Source: Isurus oxyrinchus (lineage: Eukaryota). Taken from it: a stretch of DNA of 64,000 bases. Positions 13,001-28,000 of this stretch are shown here, piece by piece. The position numbers and the translations under genes are program-made. Under the pieces are notes generated by a model, which did no database searches, was not told where the DNA came from, and saw nothing but the letters and a program-made list of their open reading frames with translations. The stretch is from positions 7,130,001 through 7,194,000 of the forward strand of contig JANJGN010000034.1 in the NCBI GenBank assembly GCA_026770705.1, in the 5' to 3' direction. Within the stretch, counting starts at the first letter, position 1. The number at the start of each line of letters is the position of its first letter.

Positions 13001-16000
13001 GCTTTACAACTGGCTGCAAGTTCTGTGTTCACACCAATCTGATTTTGTTCAGATCGCGCTATTCCTTCACCATACCAATGGCGTTTTATGCTTTTGCCAT
13101 CTGTCCGAAGTCTCCGAAGGATGTTTGCTAAACTTTGAGCCTCAAACTCTCCTTCCTCCTTTAATAATCAAATATTTCCTCGTCGGTATCCAAAGACCTC
13201 CCCTCGTTCTCACCCCGGAGTCTGGCCAATAATTAAAGTTTTGTTCAAAACATGGTGAAATGCAGTGAGGTTCCTTACGCCCTGTGGCGCTTTGGTTACC
13301 AAGAAGGCCTGCTAGGAAACTTAGAAATACTCAGCATATGATGCTCCAGCAAACATGTCCTCATAACAAGCAAGGGAATACAGGGCATCTTAAACAACTC
13401 AATGGCTCTTCTGCTGAACGAATGCTGCAGCAGAACCAAACCTCCAATCGTTTTAGTCTTTTGCCATTGCACCAAGGTGTCATTCTCTAAAGACATGCGT
13501 GGAAGTTGATGTGCAATGGTTTTTCCATCCTAAAATTTCGCTCCAACAGGCATCTTTCTTTCCGAGCCCATCTACCATGCCATCAGGTGACCAGCGAATG
13601 CTGGAGGGAGCATTGTTGTGTTGTATCCAAACTATCACTTGAAATATGCTTGCACTTTTGTTCATTTGAGAAAGCGAGCATTCAAGTGTCGCAACACCAA
13701 AACGGAGAGGAAGCTCATGATTTTATCTGTGCCTGATTCCCACCTTACTGTAAGGAGCTGCAATATCGAAAACGTAGAGGAGGCACCTGAGGGGCATTGG
13801 ATGTGAAATAAATTGCATATTAAATGGGAGGGCAGACTGGCGAACACTAGTGCCCCCTTACAAGCAGGCAACATCAGCTTTGGGTTAGTGCACATGTGCG
13901 ATCATCTTCGGTGAATTGGCACATAGTTCGACTGTCAGGTATCAGGCTCACAAAGCAGATATTGTTCTCCAGAATTAGCCAGGACAGACGCACCAGAGGA
14001 GGGCAGATGTAGCTCTTAAGGTATGTGCTGAAAAGCAACATCAAGTAAATGAATTATTCACATCGACATCTCAGTGGACAACGTTTATGGATGAAACCAA
14101 ATGGCACCAGGCAGTATAGGAAGGACCCGAGCACTTTGATTCCAAAAAAATACAAAATGATTAGGAAAAGCAAGAGGGGCCAAAGGAAAACAGGACGACC
14201 CGAATTAATGAGACACAGCCTGACATCCAACAAGGCAACAAATGCCTTGGGTGCATGAAGTCTGCATGTCCCGAATCTGCCTCTTCATCCATCTCAGACT
14301 CATGGAAGACAATCGTCCACGTTAGTGAGGCATAGCCAGTAATACCAGTATCTGCAAGCAATGTATCACCTGTTCCAATGTGGTCTCATGTTGCATCAGC
14401 TCCAGATTTGTTGAAACTGTTTCCATGGAAACAATTTTGGTGTTTTCCTAATAAAGTGACTATATACATGCAAATTGTCCTTTCCTGTCAACAAACTATT
14501 TTCAATCTCTACCAGCAAGTTTCTGCTGCCAATCTGAGGAAGCAGTTTCTCACAGGATGTCGACTTGGGGGTTCTTACAGTACTGTAAACCATGTGGGAG
14601 AAAACCATGTTTCCCAAAGAGAAACTAAACATTTGTAACATAAGCAAAGAACACAGCTTGTCATAGATCTGTTACAGAAAAGAAAGAGGCTATCCGGCTC
14701 TTGGTGTCGGAGACGTATGTCTGGGTCAGTATCTCGGCTGTTCTCAAGCACCAGACCTTCACCTGCAGTGCATGCTACTTGGTGCTATTCAAAGAATTGC
14801 CCAGCTCCATATTAAAAGTCACGATTGTCCCTTCGCCGAGCGCAATCTTAGGCATTGCATTTTGCAACCTAGTGATCTGCTGCATATTTATTGTTCCCCA
14901 TGTCCGCTTTGGTTTTCTGTCAGTTAACATTAAATTAATGTCTTCCGGTTCTCCACCATTCCAGATGGAACGGTTTATACCTCCCAAACATATCCAGGCC
15001 ACATCGTGAATTTGAAAAGCCCCATCAAATCTTCTTTCAATCATAAAGTATCTATGTACAACCGCTCTAAATTCTCAATTCCTTCCACCTGGAAGAAACA
15101 ATCATCGCTGGAAACAAACGCCTGAATACAAGCTCTACACTCTCTAACGCCTTTTCTTCTCCCTAAACTATGATGTCCAAAATATGATACAATTAACTAG
15201 TTGAAGTCGAACTAGTGGTTAAACTGTTTTTACCATAAATTCCTCTCTTTGCTGCCTATTCATCTGTTTATGAAGCTGAAGATTTCATCTGGCTTAGTGA
15301 CAGCGTTTTCAATCTGCCCTTTGTGCTCTTGCAACCATTGTGCTCTTCTACTCCCAAAGCCCGATCAGCAGTTACAATCCCTTTTGGAATGCTACCACAA
15401 GTTGTTCATTACCTCTTTCTACCAAAATGTATCACTTCATGCCTCTCTCCACTAATTTAAACTGCAATAGTTCTTCCAATTCCACCAGTCCATCTGTGTC
15501 CGTTTGACGTATTTCACCATCTTCTTTGCAAGTCATAGCCTTGTAAAATCTAAAGATTTGAAGTTTTCCTATGGACACTCAGGACTAGGTCCATGATGCA
15601 TACCATGTAGATAGATTGGAAGGGGGAAACTGCGCAATTTTGTTGACACTACAGTGTGGATTATCCATTTTATGAATCACAGAGCTGAGCGATTGTCAAC
15701 AAGCTGTAAAAGACCTAGGTGAGCAAAATATTCCTGGTATCGCTTTAGAATACATGCCTTATTTTTTGAACCATTAAGCAAATATATTTATTTTCGTTAA
15801 AAAGTGAAGTCATCAACTCAGGCACACGTTGTTTAGGGATAGACCCACATTCACTTCTGTTGATTTCAATAAAAGGAAATGCTGGGCAGAAAGCAAAAAA
15901 GGCCAACCATCCGATCGTGGGTAGGATGAATTTCCGATGCTTCATGCATCTTTATTATTGGCGCTTTTTGTCACGACCCTTTCTGCCGGAATGATGACTT

Positions 16001-19000
16001 ACATGCTAACGGAATGATGACATTTTTTAACTTTATCAATTTGGCAACCAATAACGAAACTCCTCACATTCGTGAAAAATGCTGTTTAATCCTATAATTT
16101 TTGGTTTGTTTATCATGTAATCCCGAACAGAGGAAAAACTGACTGCAAAAGAAAAAGGTACCTCATCTGACATAGTTCTCTTCAAAAAGCAAAAGATTGA
16201 CAATGGCTGTTTGCTTCTTTAATTGATTTGTTTTGTTTTCGTATGAATGCTTTATTTTTTTTTCAACTAAGCAGATTGCTAGAATGTACCCGAAGGGTTG
16301 GCAGCAGAAGAATCCTACACATGGGCTCCATAGTTTCAAGTTAGGAGGGCTTATTTTCCGATGCTGTGTCATAAAAAGTTGTAAGACAATAAATAACATG
16401 TAAACTAATGAACTGAATAAGGAATTCACTTAATGCTCCTTAAACAATGTAGTGGTAACAACGAAGCACCCGCTAGCACAGTGAAGTTAGGAATAAAATT
16501 CATGTGCTGGTTAAGAATGACAGGTTTGCTGATATAGCTTATGAAGGAGTTTTTGTGACGCCGTTGTGGAGTCACAGATTTCAGCCAGAAGCTCTGTGTT
16601 CAAGTCTCACTTCAGGACTTGAAGGCTGTTGAAACTGTTTTTGTAAGTTGGCTGGCTGTATTGGTTACCATCTTGTAAAGCGTTCCAATGTGCCTGGCGG
16701 CAGGTGCTAAGAACGGGAGTGATGCTGGCCAGTCAGACAGCAGAAAGCATGTCAAGTAACTGTCGTACTTTGCCAGGCATAATCGTGGCCAAAGCCAATG
16801 GCTATCCATGATCACCAACACCCTCTCAATGCAAGTAACCTGGAAAAGCATGAATGAAATAATGTATGTGCTAAGTTGCTCTGGTGGAGGATAGGCTTAG
16901 GCATGGAACACTTGATTGGAAGAGTAGATATTTTCCGCTAATTTATGTGGGTCGGACTACCCACTTGGTACCGAATTAATTAGGTTTAAATCTTTTTTTT
17001 TAAATGTAACGCATTCCAAATTGGTAAGGAAAAATGACAGAACGCGCTCTATATTTGATTGCTGACGTAGCTAGCCAGGGAGAAGCAAAGTGTATCGACT
17101 TTAATAAAGTAATTCAGCAATGCCTCACGGGAAGATATTGGCAAATTCCCGCAATGAAAGAAAATCTGCAAAAACACGTGGATTCTTGGTGGCGCATTTA
17201 AATTGCAAACAGAAGCTCGGTGCATGTTACTAATTCAGACTTACAGTGCCGTTAAAGATACAATTATGCAATCTCCTATTTTTTAAGCATGTATAATACG
17301 CAAATAAATTATACTAAAGCATGCCATGCAACTATTGGATGACCGTCTCGTGCAGATTCAATGTAATGTCTCTGTTTGTTACTGCCCAACCCGTACTCAA
17401 GTAAGGTTACCGATGCCAGCCTCGCGCTTATTGCTACTGCAAACCCAGCACTCTGCTTTCCATTAAAATGAAGTGTGAAATGGCGGCCCACATTAGACCT
17501 CGAATTTTCATGAATATGATACAAGATCAGCTGATTGAAGTATTCTGCCATTATTTATGGGTAGGATAAGTCGGAGCTTCAGGAGGAAGTCAGCGGGAGT
17601 ACATATGGTAATATGAGACGCAGTATGTCAACATATGAAGCGTGTAGAAGGACCTAATCTACTTTGTCAAATACCTTGACCAGTACTGTAATTTCTGTAT
17701 GGTAAGTCGGGAGGGTGGGGTGGGGGGGGGGGGGGGTGGTGCGGGGGGAGTGGTGGAGGGAGAGGGAGAAACGTGCTGAAATTGAACTAATGATGAAACT
17801 CTCACATCTCACTTTTCTAGAGATTCTAACGTGCCAAGAGTCTTTAAAGGATTCAGGTGGGAAATATATTTCTTATTTGATTAAAATACACGCTGCACAA
17901 AATATTCCTGCAATTCCTAGCCCACACGTAGAATACAGAAATGCCCATCAGTAATTTTAATGTACAAATGCACACTTTGCCTACATCATATTGTTACCAA
18001 GCATAGAAAGAGGCAAATCCTCCATCTTGCCTGTTACTGCTATATGAAAGAGTTTTAACTCTCTCCATCACTCTCTGTCTCTCACTATCTGCGTTGCAGA
18101 AATGTTTTCACACAAACTTGCAAATGCTTCTTCTGCACAATACCATGTTGCTCCCCGCCAACCCCCTCCGCCCCACCCTATGATGTGTCTATGAATAACC
18201 TTTAATCTGTGTTTCTTTGTTGCTGGTCGTCCTGGACGTGGGAACCTTTTATTGCAATTTAATTTCTTATGAATGATGGTCTCATTATAAAGGGTGTCAT
18301 TATCATAGGGTCCATTAACATTTTTGCCGTGATCAGAAAAATCTGAGCTCCCCTCTGCGGTCTGTACAACTGACGCCCCTGGTAGTGTCGATTAAATCTT
18401 CCCTGTGCTCCCAACACGATTTGTGAATCTTTGCAAAGCATGGTGCGTCGAATTTGAATACAATATCCTAAAGTGACGCATATTAAACAACAATCGTGGG
18501 GAAGCTGCATTAAGTGTCGACGTATTGGTTAGATAAGCATCTTCAGCAGTGAGTTCTCTGTCAATTATTGATCACGACTAATGTGTGGCACTGTTCGCTG
18601 AGCTGGCTGTCTGGCTGTGCATGGAATAGATGGCTGTTGCGATAGGGTCAGTTTCACGCTAGAGTCCAGAATCACTGTTTACCTCAATATGTAGCATGAT
18701 CTACATTTTTGCATTGTTGCGGAGGAATGCATGCAGCAGTATGCTTGACATAGCAACATGTTAAAAATGTAAATCTACCTGCAAACATTTGGCTTTTCAT
18801 ATATAAAATCAACAGTTTCAATGATTTCACAATCTTCCTGTTGACGTCATGCCTTGACAGAAACAAAGCTGCAAGGCAAAGAAAAAGGTAGGCCGTTTAA
18901 GGGTTCGCTGTTATAAAAAGACAGAAATTAACGTGTTAGGAACATACCTATGCGTCTTTTGTTTCATGATTAACTTCTCTGAAATAGCGTTTAGCAATAT

Positions 19001-22000
19001 TACGGGAAGATCGGCTGAATTTTGTAATGGGCTATATGTGGAGAAATGTTTCAGCTTGAGGCCACAGTCAATATTGAGAGCCAGTAAGGTCAGAGTTTAA
19101 CATTAATCCAACCTGACACTCAGGAAGAAAATATTGATCCATAAAATGACTAGAATTTGGAATTCGCTGCTGCATCATCCTTTGTTATACCGAATTTCAC
19201 AACATTCTTTTTAAGGCCTAGGGCAGTTATCCACCGAAATCCCACGAAAGTTCAAGTGCCCTGATTATAACGGAGTAAATGTCATGTCATCCCCACGAAA
19301 ATTTTACTTCAGCGTCGTCAACTACAGATTAATGACCCACGTGAATTTTTAAGCATGTTGACCTCGTGCTTGCAGTCTGGTTTAAAGACTTTACTACCAC
19401 AAAATAACGGTGCCTTTCCTAGTAGACATGTTCAGGCTTTGAGTCATGACTTCATAAGGATGCATGTTGATCTCTAAGTATCCAGACTATGTTACCGCAG
19501 GTGGTTTGCAGTCATTTCAGGGGCCATGTGTGATCGAAATGTGTTACGACCTCTAGTGCCCCCTTCCAAGCAGGCAACATAAGCTTTGGGTCTATGCTGA
19601 TGTGTGATCAGCTTCAGCGAGTTGGCACATAGTTTGGCTGCCAGATATCAGGCTCACAATGCAGGTATTGTTCTCCAAGATTAGGCGGGACAGAAGCACT
19701 GGACGAGGGTAGACAAAGCACTTAAGGGATGTGCTGAAAAGCAACAAGAATGAAATGAATTATTCACATCGACACCTCGGTGGACACCGTTTATGGATTA
19801 AGCCAAACCGCACCAGGGCCTCAAGGAAGGACCCCAGCAATTTGTGTCCGAACAACTACAAAATGATTAGGAAAAACAAGAGGAGCCAAAGGAAAACAGC
19901 ATGACCCAAATTAATGATACAAGACGTGACCTCAAACAAGGCAAAAAATGCCTTGGGTGCATGAAATTTGCAGGTCCCGATTCTGCCTCTTCATCCATCT
20001 CAGGCTCATGGAAGATAATCGTCTTAGCTAGAGAGGCAGAGACAGTAATAACAGTATCTGCAAGCAATCAATCACCTGCCCCGATGTGCCCTCATGTTGT
20101 ATCAGCTCCAGTTCTGTTGAAACTGTTTCTGTGGAAACAATTCTCGTGTTTTCCTAATAAATTCATTATATACATGCAAATTGTCCTTTCCAGTCAACAG
20201 TCTACTTTCAATCTCTACCAGCAAGTTTCTGCCGCCACATCTGAGGGAACAGTGTCTCGGAGGATGACGACTTGGGGGTTCTTACAGTACAGTTAACCAT
20301 GTGGGAGAAAATGATGATTCTGCAACAGAAACTAAACATTTGTAACATAAACAAAGAACACAGCTTGTCATTGAGCGGTTGCAGAAAAAAAAGAGGCCAT
20401 CCGGCTCTTGGTGTCGGAGAAGTATCTCTGGGTCAGTATCTCGGCTGCTACCATGCTCCAGACCTCCAAGTGCAGCGCATGCAACTTGGTGCTATTCGAA
20501 GAATTACCCAGAATGCTATTAAAAGCACACGATTGTACATTCGCAGAGCTCATTCTTAGGCATTGCATTTTGGAACCTAATGATGTGCTGCACATTTATT
20601 TTTCCCCATGTTCCCTTTGGTTTTCTGTCAGTTAACGTTAAATTAATGTCTTCCGGTTCTTGACCATTCCAGATGGAATGCTCTATACCTGCCTAACTTG
20701 TACAGGCCACGTCCTGAATTTGAAAAGCCCCATCATATCTTCTTTCAATCATACTGTATCTATGTACAACCGCTTTAAATTCTCAATTCTTTCCAACTGG
20801 AAGAAGCAATCATCTCTGGAAATATTCCCATGAATATAACTGTACCCTCTCTAACGCCTTCACTTCTCCCTAAACTAAGATGTCCAAAATATGATACAAT
20901 CCCCTAGTTGAAGTCGAAAACGCGGTTAAACCGTTTTACCATAACTTCCTTTCTTTGCTGCCTATTCATCTATTTATGAAGCCGAAGATTTCATCTGGTT
21001 AATTCACAGCGTTTCCAATCTGCCCTGCATCTTGCAACCATTTGTGCTCTTGTACTCCCAAAGCCCCATAAGCAGCTTCATCCCCTTTGGAATGCTTCCA
21101 CAAGTTGTTCATTACCTCTTTCTACCAACATGTATCATTTCATGCCTCTCTCCACTAATTTCAACTGCAATAGTTCCTCCCATTCCACCAGTCCATCTGC
21201 ATCCGTTTGATGTATTTCACCATCTTCCTTGCTTTTCATAGCCCTGTAAAATCTGAAAACTTTGAAGTTTTTCCCTCGACAGTCAGGTCTAGGTCCATGA
21301 TGCATACCATGTAGATAGATTGGAAGGGGGAAACTGCGCAATTTTGTTTGCACTTCAGTGTGGATTATCCATTTTATGAATTACAGAACTAAGTGATTGT
21401 CAACAAACTGTAAAAGACCTAGGTAAGCAAAATACTTCCGTTGTCACTTTAGATTGCATGCCTTATACTTTTGAACCATTAAGCAAATACTTTTATTTTC
21501 GTTAAAAAGTGAAGTCAAGAATTCAGGCATCCATTGTTTGGCGATAGGCCCACATTCTCTTCTGTGGATTTCAATAAAAGAAAATGCTGGGCAGAAAGCA
21601 AAACAGGCCGACATTCCGATAGTGGGCGGGATGAATTTGCCTAGCTCCATGCAGCATTATTATTTCCAGTTTTTGTCACAAATCTTACTGAATCCGGCGC
21701 ACCAACGGAATGATGATTTTTTTTTTACTTTATCAGTTTGGCATCAAGTTGGCATAGTGTTCTAACCAATAACGAAACTCCTCCCACTCGTGAAAAGTGT
21801 TCTTTGATCCGACAATTTTTGGTTTGTTTATCATGTAATCCCGAACAGAAGAAAAACTGACTGGAAAAGCAAAAGGTACCTCAACTGACATATTTTTCTT
21901 CAAAAAGCCAGAGATTGACAATGGCTGATTGCGTCTTTACATGATTTGTTTTGTTTTCGTAAGAATGTTTTATTGTTTTTTTTTCAACTAAGCAGATTGC

Positions 22001-25000
22001 CAGAATGTACCCGAAGGGTTGGCAGCAGAAGAATCCTATACGTGGGTTCCATATTTTCGAGTTAGGAGGGCATATTTTCCGATGTTGTGTCACACAAAGC
22101 TGTAGGACAATAAATAACATGTAAATTAATGAACTCAATAAGGAATTCGCTAATGCTCTTTAAACAATGTAGTGGTAACAACGAAGTACTCACTAGCACA
22201 GTGAAGTTAGAAATAAAACGTATGTGGTGGTTGCTGATAGAGTTTATGAAGGAGTTTTTGTGAAGCCGTTGTGAGTCACAACTTTTGATCAGAAGCTCCG
22301 TGTTCAAGTCTTACTTCAGGACTTGATGGCTATTGAAGCTGTTTTTGTAAGGTGGCCATCTGTATTGGTTACAACTTGTAAAAACTTCCAATGCGCCTGG
22401 CGGCAGGTGCTAAGAACAGGAGAGATGTTGGCCAGCCAGACAGCAGAAAACAAGGTCAAGTGACTGTCGTACTTTGCCAAGCATAATCATGGCCAAATCC
22501 AATGGACATCCCTGTTCACCAACACCCTCTGAATGCAAGTTACCTGGAAAAGCAGGAATTAAATAATGTATGTGGTATGTTGCTCTGGTGGAGGATAGGC
22601 GTAGGCATGGAACACTTGATTGGAAGGAGAGATATTTTCCGCTAATTTATAAGGATCTGTCCACACTCTCGGAACCGAACTCATTAGATTGAAATCTTTT
22701 TTTGAAATGTAACTCACTCCAAATTGTTGAAGGAAAATGACAGAACGCCCTTTATAGTTGATCGTTGACATTCCTAACCAGGGAGAACCACCGTGTATCT
22801 ACTTAATGTAAATAATGTAATTGAACAATCGTTAACAGGAAGAATTTGGCAAAGTCATGCAATAAAAGAAAATCTGCTAAAGAATTTGGTTCCACGGTTG
22901 TACAAGTTAATTTACGAAGACAAGCACAGTGCATGTTACTAATTCAGAATTCCAGCGCCGTTAAAGATGGAATTATGCGATGTCATATTTTTTAAGCATG
23001 TGTAATATGCAAGTAAAATATACTAAAGCATGCAACTATTGGATGACCATCTCGGGGAGATTCAATGTGATGTTTCTGTATGTTACTGCCCAACCTGTAC
23101 TCAAGTAAGGTGACCGATGCCAGTGTTGCGCTTATTGCTACTGCAACCCCAGCACTCTACTCTTTGTGAAAATGGCGTACGAAAAGGCGGCCCAAATTAG
23201 ACCTCGTAGTTTAATGAATATGTTACAAGGATCAGCTGAGGGAAATATTCCGTCCTTATTTATGAGTATGTTAAGTAGGCACTTCAGGAAGAAGTGTGTG
23301 GAAGTACATATGGTAATATGAGATGCAGTATGTCAAAGTATGGAGCACGTGGAAGGACATAATCCATTTTGTCAAATACCTTGACCAATACTGTAAATTC
23401 TGCTTAGTAACTCGGGAGAGTGGGTGGGAGGGAGAGGGGGAAACTTGCTGAAATTGAAATAATGGTGAAACTCTCACATCTCACTATTCTAGAGAATCTA
23501 ACATGCCAAGAGTCTTTAACGGATTCAGGTGGGAAATATATTTGTTATCTGTGTAAAATACCCGCTGCACAAAACATTCCAGCAATTCCTAACACACACA
23601 TAGAATACAGAAATGCCGATCAGTAATTTTAAATGTACAGATGTAAACATTTCCTGCATCATGTAGTTACCCAGTATAGAAAGAGGCTAACCCTCCACTT
23701 GCCTGTTATTGCTATATCCCGCTTTTTCTCTCTCTATGTCTCTGATTGTCTGCGTTCCAGAAATCTTTTCACACAACCTTGCAAATGCTTCTTCTGCACA
23801 ATGAGTTGTTGCTCCCCGCCAAACCCCTCCACCCCACCCTAAGTTTTGTCTATGAATAACCATAAATCTGTGTTTCTTTTTTGCTGGTCGTCCTGGACGT
23901 GGGAACCTTCTACTGTTATTTAATTTCTTAAGAATGATGGTCTCAACATGCTGGGCTTCTTTATCTTAGGGACCATTAACCATTTTGGCCTGATCAGAAA
24001 GATCTCAGCTCCTCTCCACTGTCCACATAACTGACGCATCTGGCAATGTCGATTAAATCTTCCCTTTGCTCCCAACACGATTTGTGAATCATTGCAAAGC
24101 GTGGTGCGTGCAATTTGAAAACAATATCCTAAAGTGGCTCATAAAAAACAACAAACGTTGAGATGCTGCACTGATTGTCGACATAGTGGTTAGATACACA
24201 TCTTCAGGCGTGAGTTCTCCATTAATTATTGATCTCGACTAATGTGTGGCACTGTTAGCTGAGCTGGGTTTCTGTCTGGGCGTGGAATGGATGGCCGTTG
24301 CGATAGGGTCAGTTTCACGTTACAGTCCAGGATCACTACTTACCACTATATGAAGCATGATCTACATTATTTTGTTGTTGCGGAGGTATGCACGCAGCAG
24401 TATGCTTGACATGGTAACACGTTAAAAATTTCAATCCACCTGCAAACTTGTGCCTTTTCATATAAAACATCAATTGTTTCAATGATTCCATAATCTTCCT
24501 GTTAACGTCATGTCTTGACAGAAACAAAGCTGGAAGACAAAGAAAAAGGTAGGCAGTTTAAGGGGTCGCTGTTTTAAAAGGACAGAAATCAACATGTTAG
24601 GAACATACCTATTCATATTTTGTTTCATGATTAACTTCTCTTAAATAGCATTTACCATTATTAACCGGAAGATCGGCTGAATTTGGTAATGGGCTATATA
24701 TGGAGAAAATCTTTCAGCTTGAGGTAACAGTCAAAATTGAGAGCACGTAAGCTAGGAGTTTAACATTAATCCAACCAGACACTCAGGAGGAAAGTCTTGA
24801 TCCAGGAAACGACAAGAATTTGGAATTCACTGCTGCATGATCCTTTGTTTTACAGAATTTTGTAGCATTTTTTATGGCCGCAGACAGTTATCCACCGACA
24901 TCCCACGAATGTTCAATTGACTTGATTATCAAGGAGTAAATATCGTGCTGTCCGCAAGAAAATTTTACTTCAGCATTGTCAACTCCAGATTAATGGCCCC

Positions 25001-28000
25001 CGTACATTGTTAAGCAAGTTTACCTCGTGCTTACAGTCTGGTGTAAAGACTGTTACTTCCACACAAAAAACGATGCCTTCCCTTGAGGACTTGTTCGTGC
25101 TTTGGGTTATGAATTTGGAAGAATGCATGTTGATCTCTAAATATCCAGATTGTGTTCCCTCAGGAGGTTTTCAGTCATTTGAAGGGCCATGTGTGATGTG
25201 AATTGCATGCGAGGTTTAAGGAATGCTGTGTAGCAAACGCTTTACAGTTCATGCACTAAATAACAAGTTAAACTGATCATTCTTAAACAAGTACTAAAGC
25301 GGAGTCTGTCAAATCAGCACATAGAACCTATTTAAATAACATCTACACGCACAAAGACATAGTCTCTAGTTAAACAAAGGCGCTACGAATTAAACCAAAA
25401 CATTTCTTGTTTAACACGAAGTTTAAATTCTCCAGCCAAGAAAATTCACGAATGAAACCATGCCAATGTCTCATGTAAAAAATAATAGTTCGTCCCCAAT
25501 AAAATGCAGTTAGTGGAACAGTTTCAAAAAATGCAAATCGCATTCCTGTATTCAACCTCTGTCTCTGACAGCAGTGTAGGTTCCAGAGACGATTGTTAAA
25601 TGGATTACTGGGCCAGTTTGATTGCTGTCAGTGAATGTCGGGATACTAAATGGAGATAAAAGCAAAAAACTGTTGATGCTGGAAATTCAAAACAAAAACA
25701 GAATTACCTGGAAAAACTCAGCAGGTCAGGGAGCATCGGCGGAGAAGAAAAGAGTTGATGCTTCGAGTCCTCATGAACCTTCAGCAGAACTAGGAACTAA
25801 ATGTAGCTCTTCTGTAATCTGGACGAGGAAATGTAACTGATATCCTTGCCAATGTCATGATCATTATAAACCAGTTGCTTTCTTTCTCTCTTAGAATTGA
25901 ATGATATTCAGCAGAAGTGCAGTGAGTATTCCATGAGCCAGCAGCCAACAATTTGTGGATTTCCCGATTCGTTATGAAGCCTGTACTGTGTGAAGAACTT
26001 ATCCGTAGAGAAAGCCTGTTCCTTGGGGCACAAAAATATATTCGAGTAAGGGTATTAAAGCACATCCCCAAGACCTGAGAGAAAATGCCTGAAAGGAAAT
26101 TTCCGTGTTACTTTCTTCCCTAAAGGTGCACCGAATGTTTTGTCCTCGCAGCTTCCAGCTTTTCAGCTGTGAGGCGGAAGACAGAACTTGTGGTCAGAAG
26201 GTTGCGAAATCAAGTCCAGAGTTAGAAGTTGAGCACAGGGGCAGATGCTAACACATCATTGCAGCCCTCAGGCAGCAATGTATTGCAGTAAGTTCTGTGT
26301 AGCTGTTTAGTGCATAAAACTTGGTGCCCTCGAACTTGGACTTAAATGACCCATTGCCATAGTTGAAAGAAACAAAGGGAAGTTTACCATAGATGTGCTG
26401 ATGAATAATTACCCCTTAGTTAAACCTTACATAATAAGGTGGTTTTGGTCGTCTTGGGGTCCCTCTTGTGTCGGGCGAAACAAGTATCTGCGCTGAAACA
26501 GTTCATTCAGAATGATCATTATATCACCAGCTTTAGGTTGGCAGATGGATTGGACGGACAATTGACAGATGAGGTCTTATGCAGAAAATTATGGTCAAAT
26601 CATTCTGGTGGGAAGGACGAGGCGAGGCAATGCAAGAGAAAGTGTCAAAATCTAAATGGACTTAGGGTGATTACCCCTGGATGTCAATTTGCACAAATTG
26701 CTCAGGGTAACAAGGCAGGTTGAATAGGCGGTTTAAAAAACTAAAACGGGTCCTAGACTTAATAAAGAGCATCACATAGCGCAAAGACATGTAGGTTACA
26801 ATAAATGTATGAAATACTGGGCGGGCCTCATTTTGAGAATTGTTTCCAATTTGGGACAACATTCTGCAGGAAAACGTGTCGGCTTTATAGAGCATGCACA
26901 AGTATTTTTTTAAAAATGATTCCAGGGATGAGGAGCTGCACTAACATGGGTGGTTTGGAGAAGTGTACTTCACCTTGGTAAACAGAATATTTAGAAACAA
27001 TTTGATGGAGGTGAACATAATCATTAGGATCCAGGAGAGAGTAAACACAAAAGACTTGTTCCGTTGGCAGGAACTGTCGAAAATCAGTGGAGACCGAGTT
27101 GAGGTAATTGACATCATAAACATTGGTGCCATGAGAGAGACACTTGCTTTTCCAGCGACTGCTTAACATTTGGTTTACACTGCTATCGTTGTCCTGGAGG
27201 AATGTTCTTTAGACGTTTTCAACAGAGTATTAACTATTTATATCAAGAAGAGCGTTACTTCGCAGGGGTGTTACTTAGAATTGTGATGCAATGAGTTGAA
27301 ATGAAATTAATTGGGAGATCCGGCACTGGCTCGATGTGTCGGATGGTCTCTCTCGCTCTCTATCTGTCTGGCTTTCTCTCTCTCCATCTCCCTCCCTCTC
27401 TCTTTCTCAATCTCACTCTTTCTCCCCCCTCTCTATCTCACTGTCTATATGTTATACAACTGAATAGATAGATGGTTAAACAGAGATAAAGCTTTATATA
27501 TAGAAGGATATATAGATAGATAGATGGATATATAGATTGATATAGAGATGGACGGACAGACGGACTGTGGGACGGACGGATGGAGGGACAGGCGGACGGA
27601 TGGATGTATAGATAGATAGGTAGACAGACAGATAGCCACATAGTCAGATAGCAATTGCACCTGATCATATAGGACAATTCCTTAACATTTCCAAATGACG
27701 CAAGGCATGGAGGTGCGCAAACAAACAGGTTGATAGCAAGTGACTGCACCAAGACATAAATAGTTCAGCAGCATAGGCATCAAGTGGTGGACCGAAATTA
27801 ATACACATAACTCTGATTTGATGCATTTTTGCAAAACCGATAGAGGAGGGCAAACACCCTTATTGAAACGATTCTTATGTTTACAAATAAGTAGATAAGG
27901 AGCAGAATTTTTAAAAGTTGTTTTTAAATATTACAAGGATAACTATCAAATTATTAGAATTCTTGGGTTTAATAAGTGGAGGAATTTAGCACAAAAGTAG

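Larger units (their letters stand above)
1..19553 (+). repeat. Upstream copy of the ~22.5-kb tandem duplication (5' end inferred to lie outside the window)
   Basis: Colinear with 22426-42014; exon offsets 22445-22524 bp. Confidence 0.9.
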
